NCBI GenBank assembly: GCA_016748015.1
Contig: JAAOMT010000070.1
Location: 62,001-126,000 of the forward strand
Length of the DNA stretch: 64,000 nt
Direction of reading: 5' to 3'
Source of the DNA: Geosiphon pyriformis uo1
Lineage: Eukaryota > Fungi > Glomeromycota
Positions within the stretch are counted from its first letter, which is position 1. Each line of letters begins with the position of its first letter. The position numbers were made by a program, and so were the translations under genes. The notes under the pieces are model-generated. The model was not told where the DNA came from, made no database searches, and saw only the letters and a program-made list of their open reading frames with translations. Below are positions 41,742 to 58,743 of this stretch, in pieces.

Positions 41742-43671
41742 CACTCTAGAAGAGGCTATAGTCAAAAACATTCAAACTCCTGTCAACCGTCAACTTCCAG
41801 ATAGGCCAAATCAGGCCCAGTCAAAGTCCAGTAGGTTTAACTATAGTTCGTGTATTCCAATTAGAACCTACATTTATAATAAAATTTTTTATTCATAGAA
41901 CCTATTCCATCAAACACTAGAACATGGACCGATCGTTCAGGCTCTTTCAAAGTCGAAGCTCAGTTTCTTCAATATTTGGATGGAAAAGTGCATTTGCATA
42001 AGCTTAATGGTGTAAAAATTGCAGTACCAATTGACAAAATGAGCAAAGAGGACATTGCATATATTGAAGAAGTTTCCGGTGAAAAAATTGAGGACAAGAA
42101 TGACAATACACCCTTGGCCGCTATTGTTGCTGCTAAAGCAACCTCCAAAAGCGGCAGGCGTGATTATGATTGGTTCGATTTCTTTCTCAAAGCTTCTATT
42201 TCTCACGAAGATGCGTACAAATACGCTACTTCGTTCCTTGCTGAAAAAATGGACGGAACTTCAATACCTGATTTGAATCGAGATCTCATGAAAGAGCTTG
42301 GGGTTAAAGAGGGAGATATTATTAGGATAAAAAAGTATATTGAACAAAAATCACCCACAGTCAAACCAAAGAAAAATGTCAGCTTTGGAGGTACTAATAT
42401 TATTCCTGATGATGACAATGATCAAAGTGAAGTTGCGAATAAAAAATCTGCCGTAAGAATTCAAATAATCCGTCCCATTTTATCGGGTACCTCCGATAAT
42501 GTAAATTTATACGAATTTTTTGCATTTTTAGTCGGAAGAATCGAAAAAAAGTGGAAAGCCCATCTCCGAATTTGATCGAAAAATTCAAGAAAAACGCGAT
42601 GCACAATTAGCAATGGAACTTCAAGAAGAAGAGAATAGAATAGCACGCCGTGAAGGTAGATCAATACCTAAGGCCGCTGATATATATAGCAATCTGGGTT
42701 CAATCATACAGAGAGAAGAAAAGAAACCAGCCTTAAATCCTACACCTCCATTACTATTTTCTGAAACTAATGGTGTTTTAAAAAACAACACGAGAAAGGC
42801 ACGACCTCAACCTAGTAAATCAGCTTCAATTACAATTGACGCGAACTCATTCACCAGCGGAAAACAGGAAATAAATGAGGCATTTAAAACTTCCAAAACA
42901 GCCGTTAATGAAAAATTTGACGATGATGCGTGGACCACTCCTCAAACCTCCTCAGCTGCCTCTGTATTGACCCCCACCCCGATGAAGCAAGTAACCCCTT
43001 CTCTCGTGCCTACTCCTATGAATTCAGCAAAAACATTAGTGCCCCCACCGCCGCCGCCACCACCACCACCCTCTTTGGTTAATATTACTGTTCCTTCTCC
43101 CCCAATTCAACGTCCAGTTGCTCCTCTACGAGGACATCTTCCTAAATCGGCTGCTCAATTTGATAGCAGTGCATGGACCGGACAATCAATTGTGATAACC
43201 TCTTCGCCCGCCGCGACAATCACCTCCCCAGCCCCATCTCTTAACTCCATTTCATCGGGATCAACGCTTGTTCCGACACAATCTCCATTCATGCGGCCAA
43301 CAAATTTCAATCAAGTTGTAGAACCAGCTTCCCGACAAACAAATCTCAATCAACTTGTTCAACAAGTGTCCCAATCCCCACCGCCGCCACCACCACCACC
43401 ACCACCACCACCACAGCAATCAAATATGTTGATAGCTTTAAATCAAAGTGTTCCTCATTCAATTGGTTCAAGTTCACTATTAACCGAAACCCGCACTAAT
43501 CCAAATGCCTTGAACTTCAGTAGCTCAAGTTTGAATTCTGGTTTAAATGTTTCAAATAATTTACTACTTAACAATTATAACAGTCTACAACGAGTCAGTT
43601 CGGCGCCAAATTTACAAGGAACAAATTCCGGGCTGGACAGCACATTAATTCGACCAATGAACAATTATAAT

Positions 43672-43721
<50 letters not shown>

Positions 43722-44782
43722 TAACAATAGTGTCTCTGTCTCGAACATCTCGGCGGCATGGACAAATTCAAGTGTGTTATTTTATTTTAGATAAATTTTG
43801 TGGTTCATTATCTCCAAAGTTTTTAACGTTTCTTTTATTTTTGCTGATGATTAATAGATGGGCCATCAAATACCGTTAATCAATTTGTTCCATCGAGTGG
43901 GCTCCCAAATTCTATTTATACACTAAACCAAGTTCGATCAACAACTACTTTATCTTCATCATTCACCCCAGGATATTCCCAACCAGTTTTACTTCAACCT
44001 AATCTACTTCAACCTAATCTACTTCAACAAACACCCCTACAACCAACTTTACACCAACAAACCCAACTACATCAATCGCATCAACAACAAACCACATCAA
44101 ATTTTGAACCAAAAAATATTTTTGCAACAATGAAAGCCGGACAAATCCCGAATAATAATAGTAAGGCTTCACAGAAAATTTTAAATATTTCATTAAGTTC
44201 ATTCATTAATTGTTATTTGATATTTGACAGCCTCTGGTGATAGATATGACGCTTTCAAGCAACTAGATCCTCAAGCACCAAGCGTCTTTAATCAAACCTC
44301 AAGTTTGAGTCAGACAGGCATGTGTTCTTTTAATTCATACTTGGCATTTCTTTTCTAGCTTTTCATCATATTTATTAAATTTAAAATGTAGCTTCCATAA
44401 GTTTCGTTTCAAACGCACAATCTACGGGTTGGATTCAATCTCAACCTAATAATTTTTCAGGGTTGTCAGGGTCTAATACTGGTCTCAATAACTTACAGCC
44501 TAATCAACAGCTTGGTTATGGGGCTGGAACGCTACAGCAACAGCAACAGCAACAGCAATTACAACAGCAACAGCAATTACAACAGCAAAATCAAACCAAC
44601 GCCAATTTTTCTGGGTATAATGGTTCATTGGCAAGTTTCCATAATCCACAACAGAGTAATATTAACCAAGGATTTAGCAACAGTGGATATAATAATAGAC
44701 AGGTAAGAGTATTAAAGAGTTTTTCCTGGACCGTCTCTCTCAAATTCATTAACTAGAATGATTTCTCATTTTTTAGTGGTAG
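39365..44782 (+). CDS. SLA1: Endocytic actin adaptor Sla1 (multi-exon)
   Basis: Three SH3 domains (ALYNYEA..DELSF..WW..GLVPSNY; AYDYEA..GLVPANY; LYEFTA..GVVPAQY), SHD1 (RTWTDRSGSFKVEAQF...HLHKLNGVKIAVP..KMS), SHD2/SAM (YDWFDFFL...LGVKEGDIIRI), proline-rich tail; last codons after acceptor 44776: W*. Confidence 0.93.
41646..41738. repeat. ~93-nt poly(T) tract in a SLA1 intron
   Basis: Direct reading; true length may be an assembly artefact. Confidence 0.8.
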
Positions 44783-45411
44783 GGTAAATGTAAATAACAA
44801 TATCGTTTTCTTCGGTTATATATTACAATAATTTGTTTGTTTCCGGACTATAGAATTTTTTCGATTTCAGCACCCGGGATTAGAAAGATTTGTTCTCCAT
44901 TTTTTTATATATGGATTATAATGTGTAAAACGGTGTCAATACCGATCATAATTATTCAGATTTGATAATTTATTCCATTTTAAAATGTAAATGAAGGTTT
45001 CAATGTGGTTTTTACAATTAAATTTGTGAATTTACACAGTCATATTAGAGGCTAGAAAGCTTTCACATGTGTGGTTGCGATGCGATCGTAAACTGAAAAA
45101 AGGCTTTTCCTAATAAGTTTTGGCTGAAGCTCTTTTCCATACTATTTTATTGACAAAAAGTGATGGCCAACCCAAAACCTCCACAACTTGATGGCTGAGG
45201 GCTTCTTATCCTATTCCTGAAATTTGCCTCTACGAAGATTGGGAAATTGATGGGGAATTCATCTTGCCAGAATACCAGCTAGTACTTCCACAAGAACTTC
45301 CCCCGATAATTAGTACTTTTTTATAATCCAATATTTTTAGCTAACTATGATTTGGTATGAGTCATTTGTAACGATCAAAATTTTGACAAGATTTTTCTTC
45401 ATTGAACAATA

Positions 45412-48814
<3,403 letters not shown>

Positions 48815-49561
48815 GGCCGATAATATTGTAACGATAACATAAAGCAGAAATATTTTCCGAGGCTTTTGCCTATTCCTTACTATATACCTCGGTTGCACAT
48901 GAAAAGATTTCAAACTAATTGAATATATGATTCGACAAGTTATAAAAAACAAATCTATTAACAGATTACAAAGATAAATTTTAGAAAAACTAGATCTTTA
49001 ATATTGGTCTTTGGAAAAAAAGCTTGCATAAAAAGTTATCAGCATTTTAAGAAATAATTATGGCTTTTGTTTACATAAAATGTTATATGTTTTAAAATTT
49101 GAATATAAATAAAATTACTAATTGCAAGTAACAAATTAATTGAAAAGCCATAACTCTTGATTTCTGTTTCACTTAATCATTTATTTTTACGTTTTTAGGT
49201 AAATGTGTTTTACCAATTAGAAGTTTGGTTACAAAATTTTAAACTGACTAATCATAGTGCAAACTAATCTTTGGGTTGGCAATTGGGTTTGTGTTTCTGA
49301 TGTTGAAGGGTAAAGCCATTCCATCCTAAGCCCTACAAAAATTGAAAATAAAATTATATTTCAAGTTGCACAATCGTTTAGCTTTACGAAATCGCTGCCT
49401 TTCAGAGGTCACTTGATTGAGTGAACATTAAAACTAAATAAGCGTTGAGCAATCGTTCTGGATTAGTTGGATTTTAAGATTGGTAAGCTGCATTTTAGTA
49501 GAGTTTTAAGCCGATGTACCCAATTGAGAAGTCAAATCGTTATTCGAATTAAAATTCGGTT

Positions 49562-51799
49562 TCAATCAAAAGTTTTCATCTTCCTTCGTCGATGTTTGAT
49601 ACGCGATGTTCGATATACATTCGGGACGTCCGGCATCAAATGGTATCGATAAGCTTCGATTAACTGGGTAAGCGCCAGAGGAAAAAAGATGAACCAGAAA
49701 TGCAAGCAATTAATCTTATCAGAACACAACTTAAAACCACACATGAAACAGCATCAGGTAAAAGTTTTTTAACCAATGTGTTTAGGTAATTATCGCATTG
49801 TAAGCTCCTCTCACCAAATCCTTCATCCCATCAACTGACATCACCATAAGATTGCTTTCAACTTCCTCCAAAAGATATCGTTTTGGCATCATAGGAAATC
49901 GAACGCATTCAAGCAAAGATGGAAGCGCAGCCAATCTATCACCACGCCAAGGTCTGGGAAATTGCTCTATTTCTTCTGTTTCTGCCGTATGACCATCCTC
50001 AAATTCTGTTTGCTTCACTAAATTCCGATTCGTCTCTTTATTCAGATTAACAAGAGAATATTCTTCATATGATCTATCAGATAATTCGGATGGCATTGAT
50101 ACCGAGGATTCATGATGGGAAGATGTATTCCCAATTTCTGTGGAAGAAGTTAATGGAGAAAATGTCTCTGAAGGTGTGCATGTTGTTGATGCGATTGACT
50201 TAGAGTTTGCCCAACGAACTACCAATTCGAAGATCTTCTCCTCAGAGCTCACATTAGCTTCGTCATTTTCAAGCGCTAGTCGAAGTATGTTTGGATCAGC
50301 GTCTAATGTAGCCTGCTTATCCAGTAATTTATCAAAATGAAGAGCAACGAAATCTTTACAAGTACTTCCGGTTTTTACGCATGAATATTTTTCTAATGTT
50401 AAGTCCAATTTAAATGAAAGCTTAAACTTTATTTGTTAAGTAAGGTTGAATAAAATTAAAAATATATACCTGCTAATTCCCAGACCCCCCAAACATTCTC
50501 ATAGTTTAGTTCTAATCGAAGGTAGCGCAAGCACTCTTCACGGACAGGTGCAATCGCAAATCGGTCTGCCAATGCCAATAATTTCTCAGCTTCATTCAAA
50601 GAGCCAATATTGAATTTGAAAGTATAAACAAAAGTCAATAATGCAAGGAATGCATCATGATCTGTTTTACAGAGCTGAATTTCTTCTTCAAAAGTCTCTT
50701 TCATTCCATTTGTTAGCATTGCCTCAAACACTGGAGACGTACTAGCCAAGATGCCTTTATGAGCATAGAATAACTTTTCTCGAGACCATTCATCAACTAC
50801 TCGGAACGTAACATCAGAAAATTGAGGTGAATTTACAAGCCTATCGAATGGATTTGATATTTGTGGAGGAGCATCAATTATCGATTCCTGAACCTCAAAT
50901 TTTACGAGCAAGGATATAGTGTCATTGCTAATGAATCTATTGGATAAAAAAATTAACAATTATTTATAGGTGTATATCAACAGAAAAGTTATAAACAAAC
51001 CTGTCCATTTCATCGAGGGACATTAGATTTTCTTCGCCCCATGTTGAATGCTCTGAGGACAAGGGAAGTACGAAAGTTAAATATGAATCTACGCATAGAG
51101 GATCGGTGATTTGCATTGTGGAATAGAAGCATACCCACTTTCACAAAACCATACTGGTAATTCCACTATCAACCAAGAATAGATTTTTAGAGTTGAGCTG
51201 ATTCAAGGAATCATGATTTAAACAGACTTCTTACTTTTCCCAAAATCCATTCCTCTTGTTCGCAAATTCTCCAACACGAAAATTATGGAAACTTTCTTTC
51301 TAATACCTCTTAAGCATCCCGTAGATGTCTCAAGAATGCCAAGGTAAAGAGATATCGCCTTTTTATTAAATAGTAAATTGCTTATGTTTATATTTACAGA
51401 GCATTAAATATCAATTAAGAAAGCTTATAAACTTACCTGAGGATTTTTCGGTCGGCCTTTGTAAAACTGGTTTAGTTTTCTGATTAGTGGGGAATATAAC
51501 ATAATTTGTGCACGAAGCTAGTCCAGAATCGTAAAAAATATATACCTTGAAAACCCTATTATATGCACGAAAGTTTATAGTCAGTATGATACGAGAAATT
51601 TGGAAGAGTGGCGGGAATAAGTTTTCTTAACCGCTTACCATTGCAGTCCATCGGCACTAAACGAGGGGCTGGTATGTTCTACTAAAGGTTTTACCTCGCT
51701 CCAGTTGGTTATCTTCCAGCGATAAACATATGTTAAAGTACCACCTGCTGTGTTTTGACTCGTTTCATTGTACTTTAAATAAACGGATCGAGTAGTCAT
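49562..51799 (-). CDS. MATH-BTB-BACK protein (SPOP-like Cullin-3 adaptor); 5' end uncertain
   Basis: MATH: YRWKITNWS..TSPSF.ADGLQWVFKFYKG....AISLYL; BTB: FSDVTFRV...FYAHKGILASTSPVFEAML..GMKE; BACK: SSEEKIFELVVRW...LLECVRFPMM. Confidence 0.85.
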
Positions 51800-52099
51800 T
51801 TTAAATTTATCTACTGGTAATTCTATTGCACTCACGAAGGTCGCTTCAGAACTATAGAGTTAGGAAACCCTATTTATCATTTTTTTTTATTAAGCTTGAG
51901 CTAGTCAAAATTAGAAAGCTGGCTATACTTCATTGAGATGTATAATCTATAAAAAAACAATCCTTTTTGCAGATAAATATTTAATTTTAATTTTGTTCGA
52001 TTAATTCATTTATTCAAAGTCGGATATTCAAAAAAGATGTAAAACTAATTAGCAAAAATTTATAAGAATCGGAACTAGAGGGGTGGGATCCTTAATCAT

Positions 52100-53380
<1,281 letters not shown>

Positions 53381-53602
53381 CGTTGAATTTTCCTTGAAAA
53401 ATCTAAAATTTCGGTACAACTTTGCCCTGACCGAAAATTTCGTAAAATTTATTGGTACATGAAAAATATGAGCACCTGCGCATTATTCTATAAAACTTTG
53501 ATCGTCGGACAATATAAAAAAGTGACGATTTTCGTTACCTCCCAATGAAATAAAACATTTAAAATGCCTTTTATATGAAAGTCCTAATCTTTACAAACTC
53601 AT

Positions 53603-56600
53603 TCAATATTTGGATGGTATTGGCCATAGACTAATCTTTATGGGTTCTTTCGAGAGAGCAAGGGTATTGGCATGAGTGATACGACCAACAGTGATATTAT
53701 TTGCAAGTTTGTTGGTGTTCCTCATGATAAATGAATCGAGTGGAGAAAGATCAGGTTTAAATGAACGAACAATCATCACGGCGATGACACAAGTTTCTGT
53801 GGAATCGATTTTCAAAAAGGCAAAGAATCAAGGAATTGTTTAATATCATCTTTTCCAAAACAATATTAAATCATACATACCAGTCCAGGGAGATTGAGAA
53901 ATCTCAATATGTGTTCGAAGCTGATATTGAAGAGGCCTTATAATAATGAAATGGGACGGTGGTGGCCAGAAATGTTGAATTCTGTTGTCAGGCATTGTCA
54001 CCTGAAATTAAAGTTTCTAGATTGATCTCGAGTTCAAAGTTTAAAAATCAATCTCCTGCATATACCTGTATCCCCACAGTACTAGTATCGGAAATATTTG
54101 AAATCTCTGCCTCTATAAATATGCGGAGAGGAAATCCAGCGACAAACTCTTTGTTAGAACTCGAAATTGTCTGGATTATCTTTGCTTCGGTTTTTTTAAA
54201 GACATTTCCAAGCATAGATTCGGGAATTGAAAATTCCTAAAAATATTAAATAGCTTAGCAACGAAAGCTCTAACTTCATATTAAATCTGGAATGTAATTA
54301 CTTCAATGTAGCTAAAAAACGGGATTATATTGAGAGTAGTAGGCTCCTCAAAGGCTCTTTGTAGTTTCCCTCGAAGCTCGATGATATCAAGCAAATCATG
54401 ATCCTTGCGTTCAAATTGCCTGTATGATTTTATAAGAAAAAAAATTAGCAACAAAAAAATCATTATTGACTTGTAGATAATAGAGAAAGGGCATACGTTT
54501 GGATATAAGTGATCCGCTTGATGAACATTTGTATTAAATTTTGGGTAATAAAGGGCGAAGAAGCATCACTAAATCGTAGAAAGAATATTAAAATTAGCAT
54601 TTTAGAAAGCGCAAAATATCGGTGCAAGGAAATAAAAGATCGGAATATAAAGATTATTTACCTATCAATCGGCTTTAAAGCACCAATAAGCCATACTATA
54701 TTTGCCAGCGCACGTAATCTCACTATGAAATAACCTATGTGTCCGCTGACTCCGAGAAATATGTTTTCCATAGCATAGGAAAGAGCTAGCAAGTACGCAG
54801 CCAAGTCAACAGCTATCACTGAAAAGTTTCTATTGCGAAACTTCTTTTTAATCTATTTCAATTAAAATAAAAAATATATTAAAATCATCTTCGTAAACTT
54901 AGGCACTTTGAAAGCAGAGCACATACCTCTATAATTACTCTTAAAGATTCCAAATACATATTGACAAACTCTGCTTTTCCAGAGAATAAAGGCGTCATCC
55001 TTGATATGTAGCTCAAATCTCTGAAGCAGAGATAGGAAATTCAAAAGCCATTTTATAAAGTTGACAAAAGAAATAATCAAGACTATCTGATTTTGTGTAA
55101 TACCTCGAGCAAACACGCAATAGAGACATCGCTCCATTGAGATTATCGGTTTCATACAAGGATTTCACTGCACCGACCATAGCTAATGTTTGTTCCATAA
55201 ATTGCTGTGTATCAACTCAATATAAAAAATAGTACCAAAAGATTTATCCTTAAGCTTTCATTTCAGAAAAAATTACTTCATATTTGTATAAATGATTTTC
55301 TCTCTCAATTAGGTAATCTGTTAAAAGGACTTACTTGTTATTTCGTTAACAGAATCCAGTATTTCACCCTCTTCAATAACTTCCATCGCGGTAGGTTTAT
55401 TTGTTGGAAGAGGGACTTCATCTGGAACCTAAAATTAAAATTAACACTACATTAGGAATCTATTTATTTATTAAAATCATGGGATATATATCTATACCTT
55501 AATCTCAGGGAAGCAGTTAGGAAATTTATCTCGTAGATAAACATAATGTCTAAATGCATATTTTGGGAGTCTTCTCAAGATGAGGGGTTTGATAATTGCC
55601 GCGTTGAAGGAAAGGATCAGGTATCCAATATCTTACATTTTTAGTTAAGAACACCAAAAAATCGTTAAAAGCCGAAAGATATAGAAAAAGAATAAGCAGG
55701 ATACGTTTTGGAATATCAGCTTGTATTTCTTTGGGAGCAAAATTCGGCTCCATGTTGAAAAAACTGGGAATGAAATGCTCTAAAGGGTAAAATCGATTTA
55801 TTTTACTATGAGGATTTACTCAATAAAGTGAGAGCAAATTATTCAAAGAAATACCTATATAATCTCCATGATTTTTGCCAAATTGACCAAAACAACGATA
55901 TATTGACAAACGATCAATTGGATAACGTTCCATACTGCTCAACAAGGCTTCCATTAATTTAGGAAATAAGTCACGCGTCTTTAGGCGAGCAACGCTAAAA
56001 ATTAATTATAAAAAGCTTTGCTATCGATAACTCGAAAATTGAAATAAAAAAGATTTTTAATAAAATTATGGCTCACCCCAGCATTTGATGCGTTGCTTCT
56101 CGGACCTTTTTATCCGCATCGTCCAACACGCTAAGGGTAATTTGCAATTGCTCAGAGTCTAGAGAGATTTTTGCAAGTGTCCCAATTTTGCGCAAACTAT
56201 GAATGGCATTCAATCGCACAGAGTCGATTTCATCATGAAACATGTCTGATAAGTTAAAGAAAGTGGATTATTTTATTGTATATAATTTTTTAAATAATGG
56301 CCGTGATTTCCAAAATTCTTACCCACTAAGAAATCTCTCGCTCTTTTGGAAAATTGTAGATTGTGCATAGATAACTCACAAATTGAATCTATCATTAAAA
56401 ACCAATTCAGTAACATGATCCATAGATAAAAATATGATTCTGAAAAGAAAATTCAAATTCAAGTAGAATACCGATGGATGCGTTTCGAACATCATGATAT
56501 TCATCTTCTAATCCTCGAACAAACGCACCACATGCACCAGAATCAAGAAGCCGAAAATCATCGGATTCTACGTCAAAATCACCCTCTGGCGTGGGAATAT

Positions 56601-58482
56601 AATATCTTTTGGGCTTCTATATCGATAATTTTTTAAGCAGATAATGAGGTGTGAATTTTTACAAAAAGCTTAGAAAGACGATTGTGGTAATGCAAGAAAA
56701 TGCTAAATAGATCAATCGGTTACATAAGTTAGGGAAGTGTATTACTTCAGACCTTTTTTAATTATTAGACTGACCTTGCCTTGTAACCCTTTACTTGGAT
56801 TTTTCCGTTGCAAATGAGACATTAATTCCTTACTAAAAGTTTGCATCAGAACTAAATCACTGATATTTCGAAAGCTGCCCATGATTGCGCAAGCCTTTTG
56901 AAAGAAAGATAAGAGCTATTAAGCAGGTTGATCTTAATACATAATTAACAAATAGATGTTGCAAATGAATTTGTGTTACCTTACTACGAATATGCACCGA
57001 TCCATCACTAACCATATCACAAATTTTGACAAACGCGTCTTCTGCAAGTGAAGATTCTGAGGCAGAGCTGCGTTTAAGCTTGAATCTCGGATGAAGACTA
57101 CCTAATACCCTTAAAAAGATTTTTTGAGCTATTACAATGACAAAAAAACATCACAAATTTCCAATTATTTTACTCACCATATCAAACTTAAAGCTGCCGA
57201 TCTAACCTCTTCATAATCATCTTTCAAGCATTGGCAAGTAAGATTATACAAGTTTGGATCAAGTTCAGAGCCACGTTGATGGAGAAGCAGCATCGCTTTT
57301 AATGCCGTCTGGTTTCATGATTTGGATTTTGAATAAATTTGCAATCAATATTATTAAGAAAGGATAACGAGAGCTTACCCGACGAACTCTTGGATCTGTA
57401 TCGTGTCCAAAATTACGCATAACTGTTTGAATTTCAACATCGCTTAAAAAGTCTGGGTTTTTCATAGGTCCACCATTTTCATAAATTAGGTTTTTAATTC
57501 GCTTGTTGATGGGTGATAAAGAGGCCAACAACAAGAGAGCGGCAGATCTTATGCGGGAATGTGAATCTGACAATTCTTGTATCGCGTGGAGAGTAAGTGA
57601 ATGTATTGTATCCCTGAACGAAGCTGTGTCTATCTGATCCAATTTTTTGTACTGGCAATAATTTGGGATCATTTAATTTCCGGATGGAGATTTTTTTTAG
57701 AAAATTTATCCTTTAAATCACCTTTAAAATCCCCATAATTGAGTTGTAAATCTGGTACTTTAGTTTTGTGGAATCGGACTGCAACTAAAATGAAAGTTAT
57801 ATCGAATTAAGTTCAATTTTTAGGGAGTAAAATCATTTGATGATATCACCTCAAGACTAGACTCTAAGCAATAGTATCTAATCTCAATGAGGGATGCGGG
57901 GTTTTGGAAATTTTATCAATATGTAAGAAGAGCTGTAAATTCCAACCTCATTTTGAAGGGTTTCTAATATTGATCGACAATCAATTGATGGATCGTGAGC
58001 CAATTTCTCCAAGAGCAACACTAAAAGAACCTGATATAAGCGAAGAAGTGTGTACGCTTTATTTATGTCAGGAATAGTTAAAGCTAAAAACGATCCCCAA
58101 CATACTTTGACATCTTTATCCCTTTCATCACGCAGTTTTAAAATAAGGATGTTGAACAAAGTATTTCTCGAATCAGAGCGTAGATTCGAAAATTTTCGAA
58201 TGAGAGATCTAAGTGCCTGATAGGAATTGAAGAAAATAACTGAATCGCTCAAGGAAGTAAAAAACCGAGCAGAAGTTGAGGAGTGTATTTACGTGAACTC
58301 TAACTTGCTTATCAAATGAATCTAACTGATCAAAATTCAGCTAAAAATTAAAATTTTCGCTCAAGAATTAGTTTCTCTTTTATGAAAAGATGCAGCTTTA
58401 AACCAACCTCATCTAAAGGCGTATGGCCAAGATCAATGAAAACTTTGCATGTCTTTGAGTCTTCGTCACTTCCACTTTGCAT
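53603..58482 (-). CDS. INTS4: Integrator complex subunit 4 (HEAT-repeat), many exons
   Basis: SGACGAFVRGLEDEYHDVRNASIDSICEL...DFLVDMFHDEIDSVRLNAIHSLRKI; DTDPRVR; LKDDYEEVRSAAL; DAFVKICDMVSDGSVHIR; FNAA...FRHYVYLRD all match metazoan INTS4 motifs. Confidence 0.9.
55632..55704 (-). other. U12-type (minor) GT-AG intron in INTS4
   Basis: 5' GTATCCTG, branch TTCTTAAC ~12 nt before AAG acceptor, no pyrimidine tract; removal gives DIPKH-IGYLILSFNAA. Confidence 0.75.
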
Positions 58483-58743
58483 AGGAAGTGCACTATTGAG
58501 AAAATCTGTAAGGATTTGTATAGAAAATGTTCATTTCGACTAGAGTCGAATATAAATCAAAATAGAAAAACCTTTGCGTTGCGTAGAAGGAGCGTTTCAT
58601 TGTGAAATTTACCCTACTGTAAGATTAAAGAAACTAATAGCCCCAAAAAATATCAACATAAGCCATTAGACATTTTTTTGTTAGCAGCTTTTAGTGAAAT
58701 TTAATTGGCAAATAGCACAAAATTTTGCCTGAATTGGAAAGCT
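58483..58743. promoter_or_regulatory. Probable bidirectional promoter between INTS4 and kanadaptin
   Basis: 261 bp between divergent ATGs. Confidence 0.5.
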
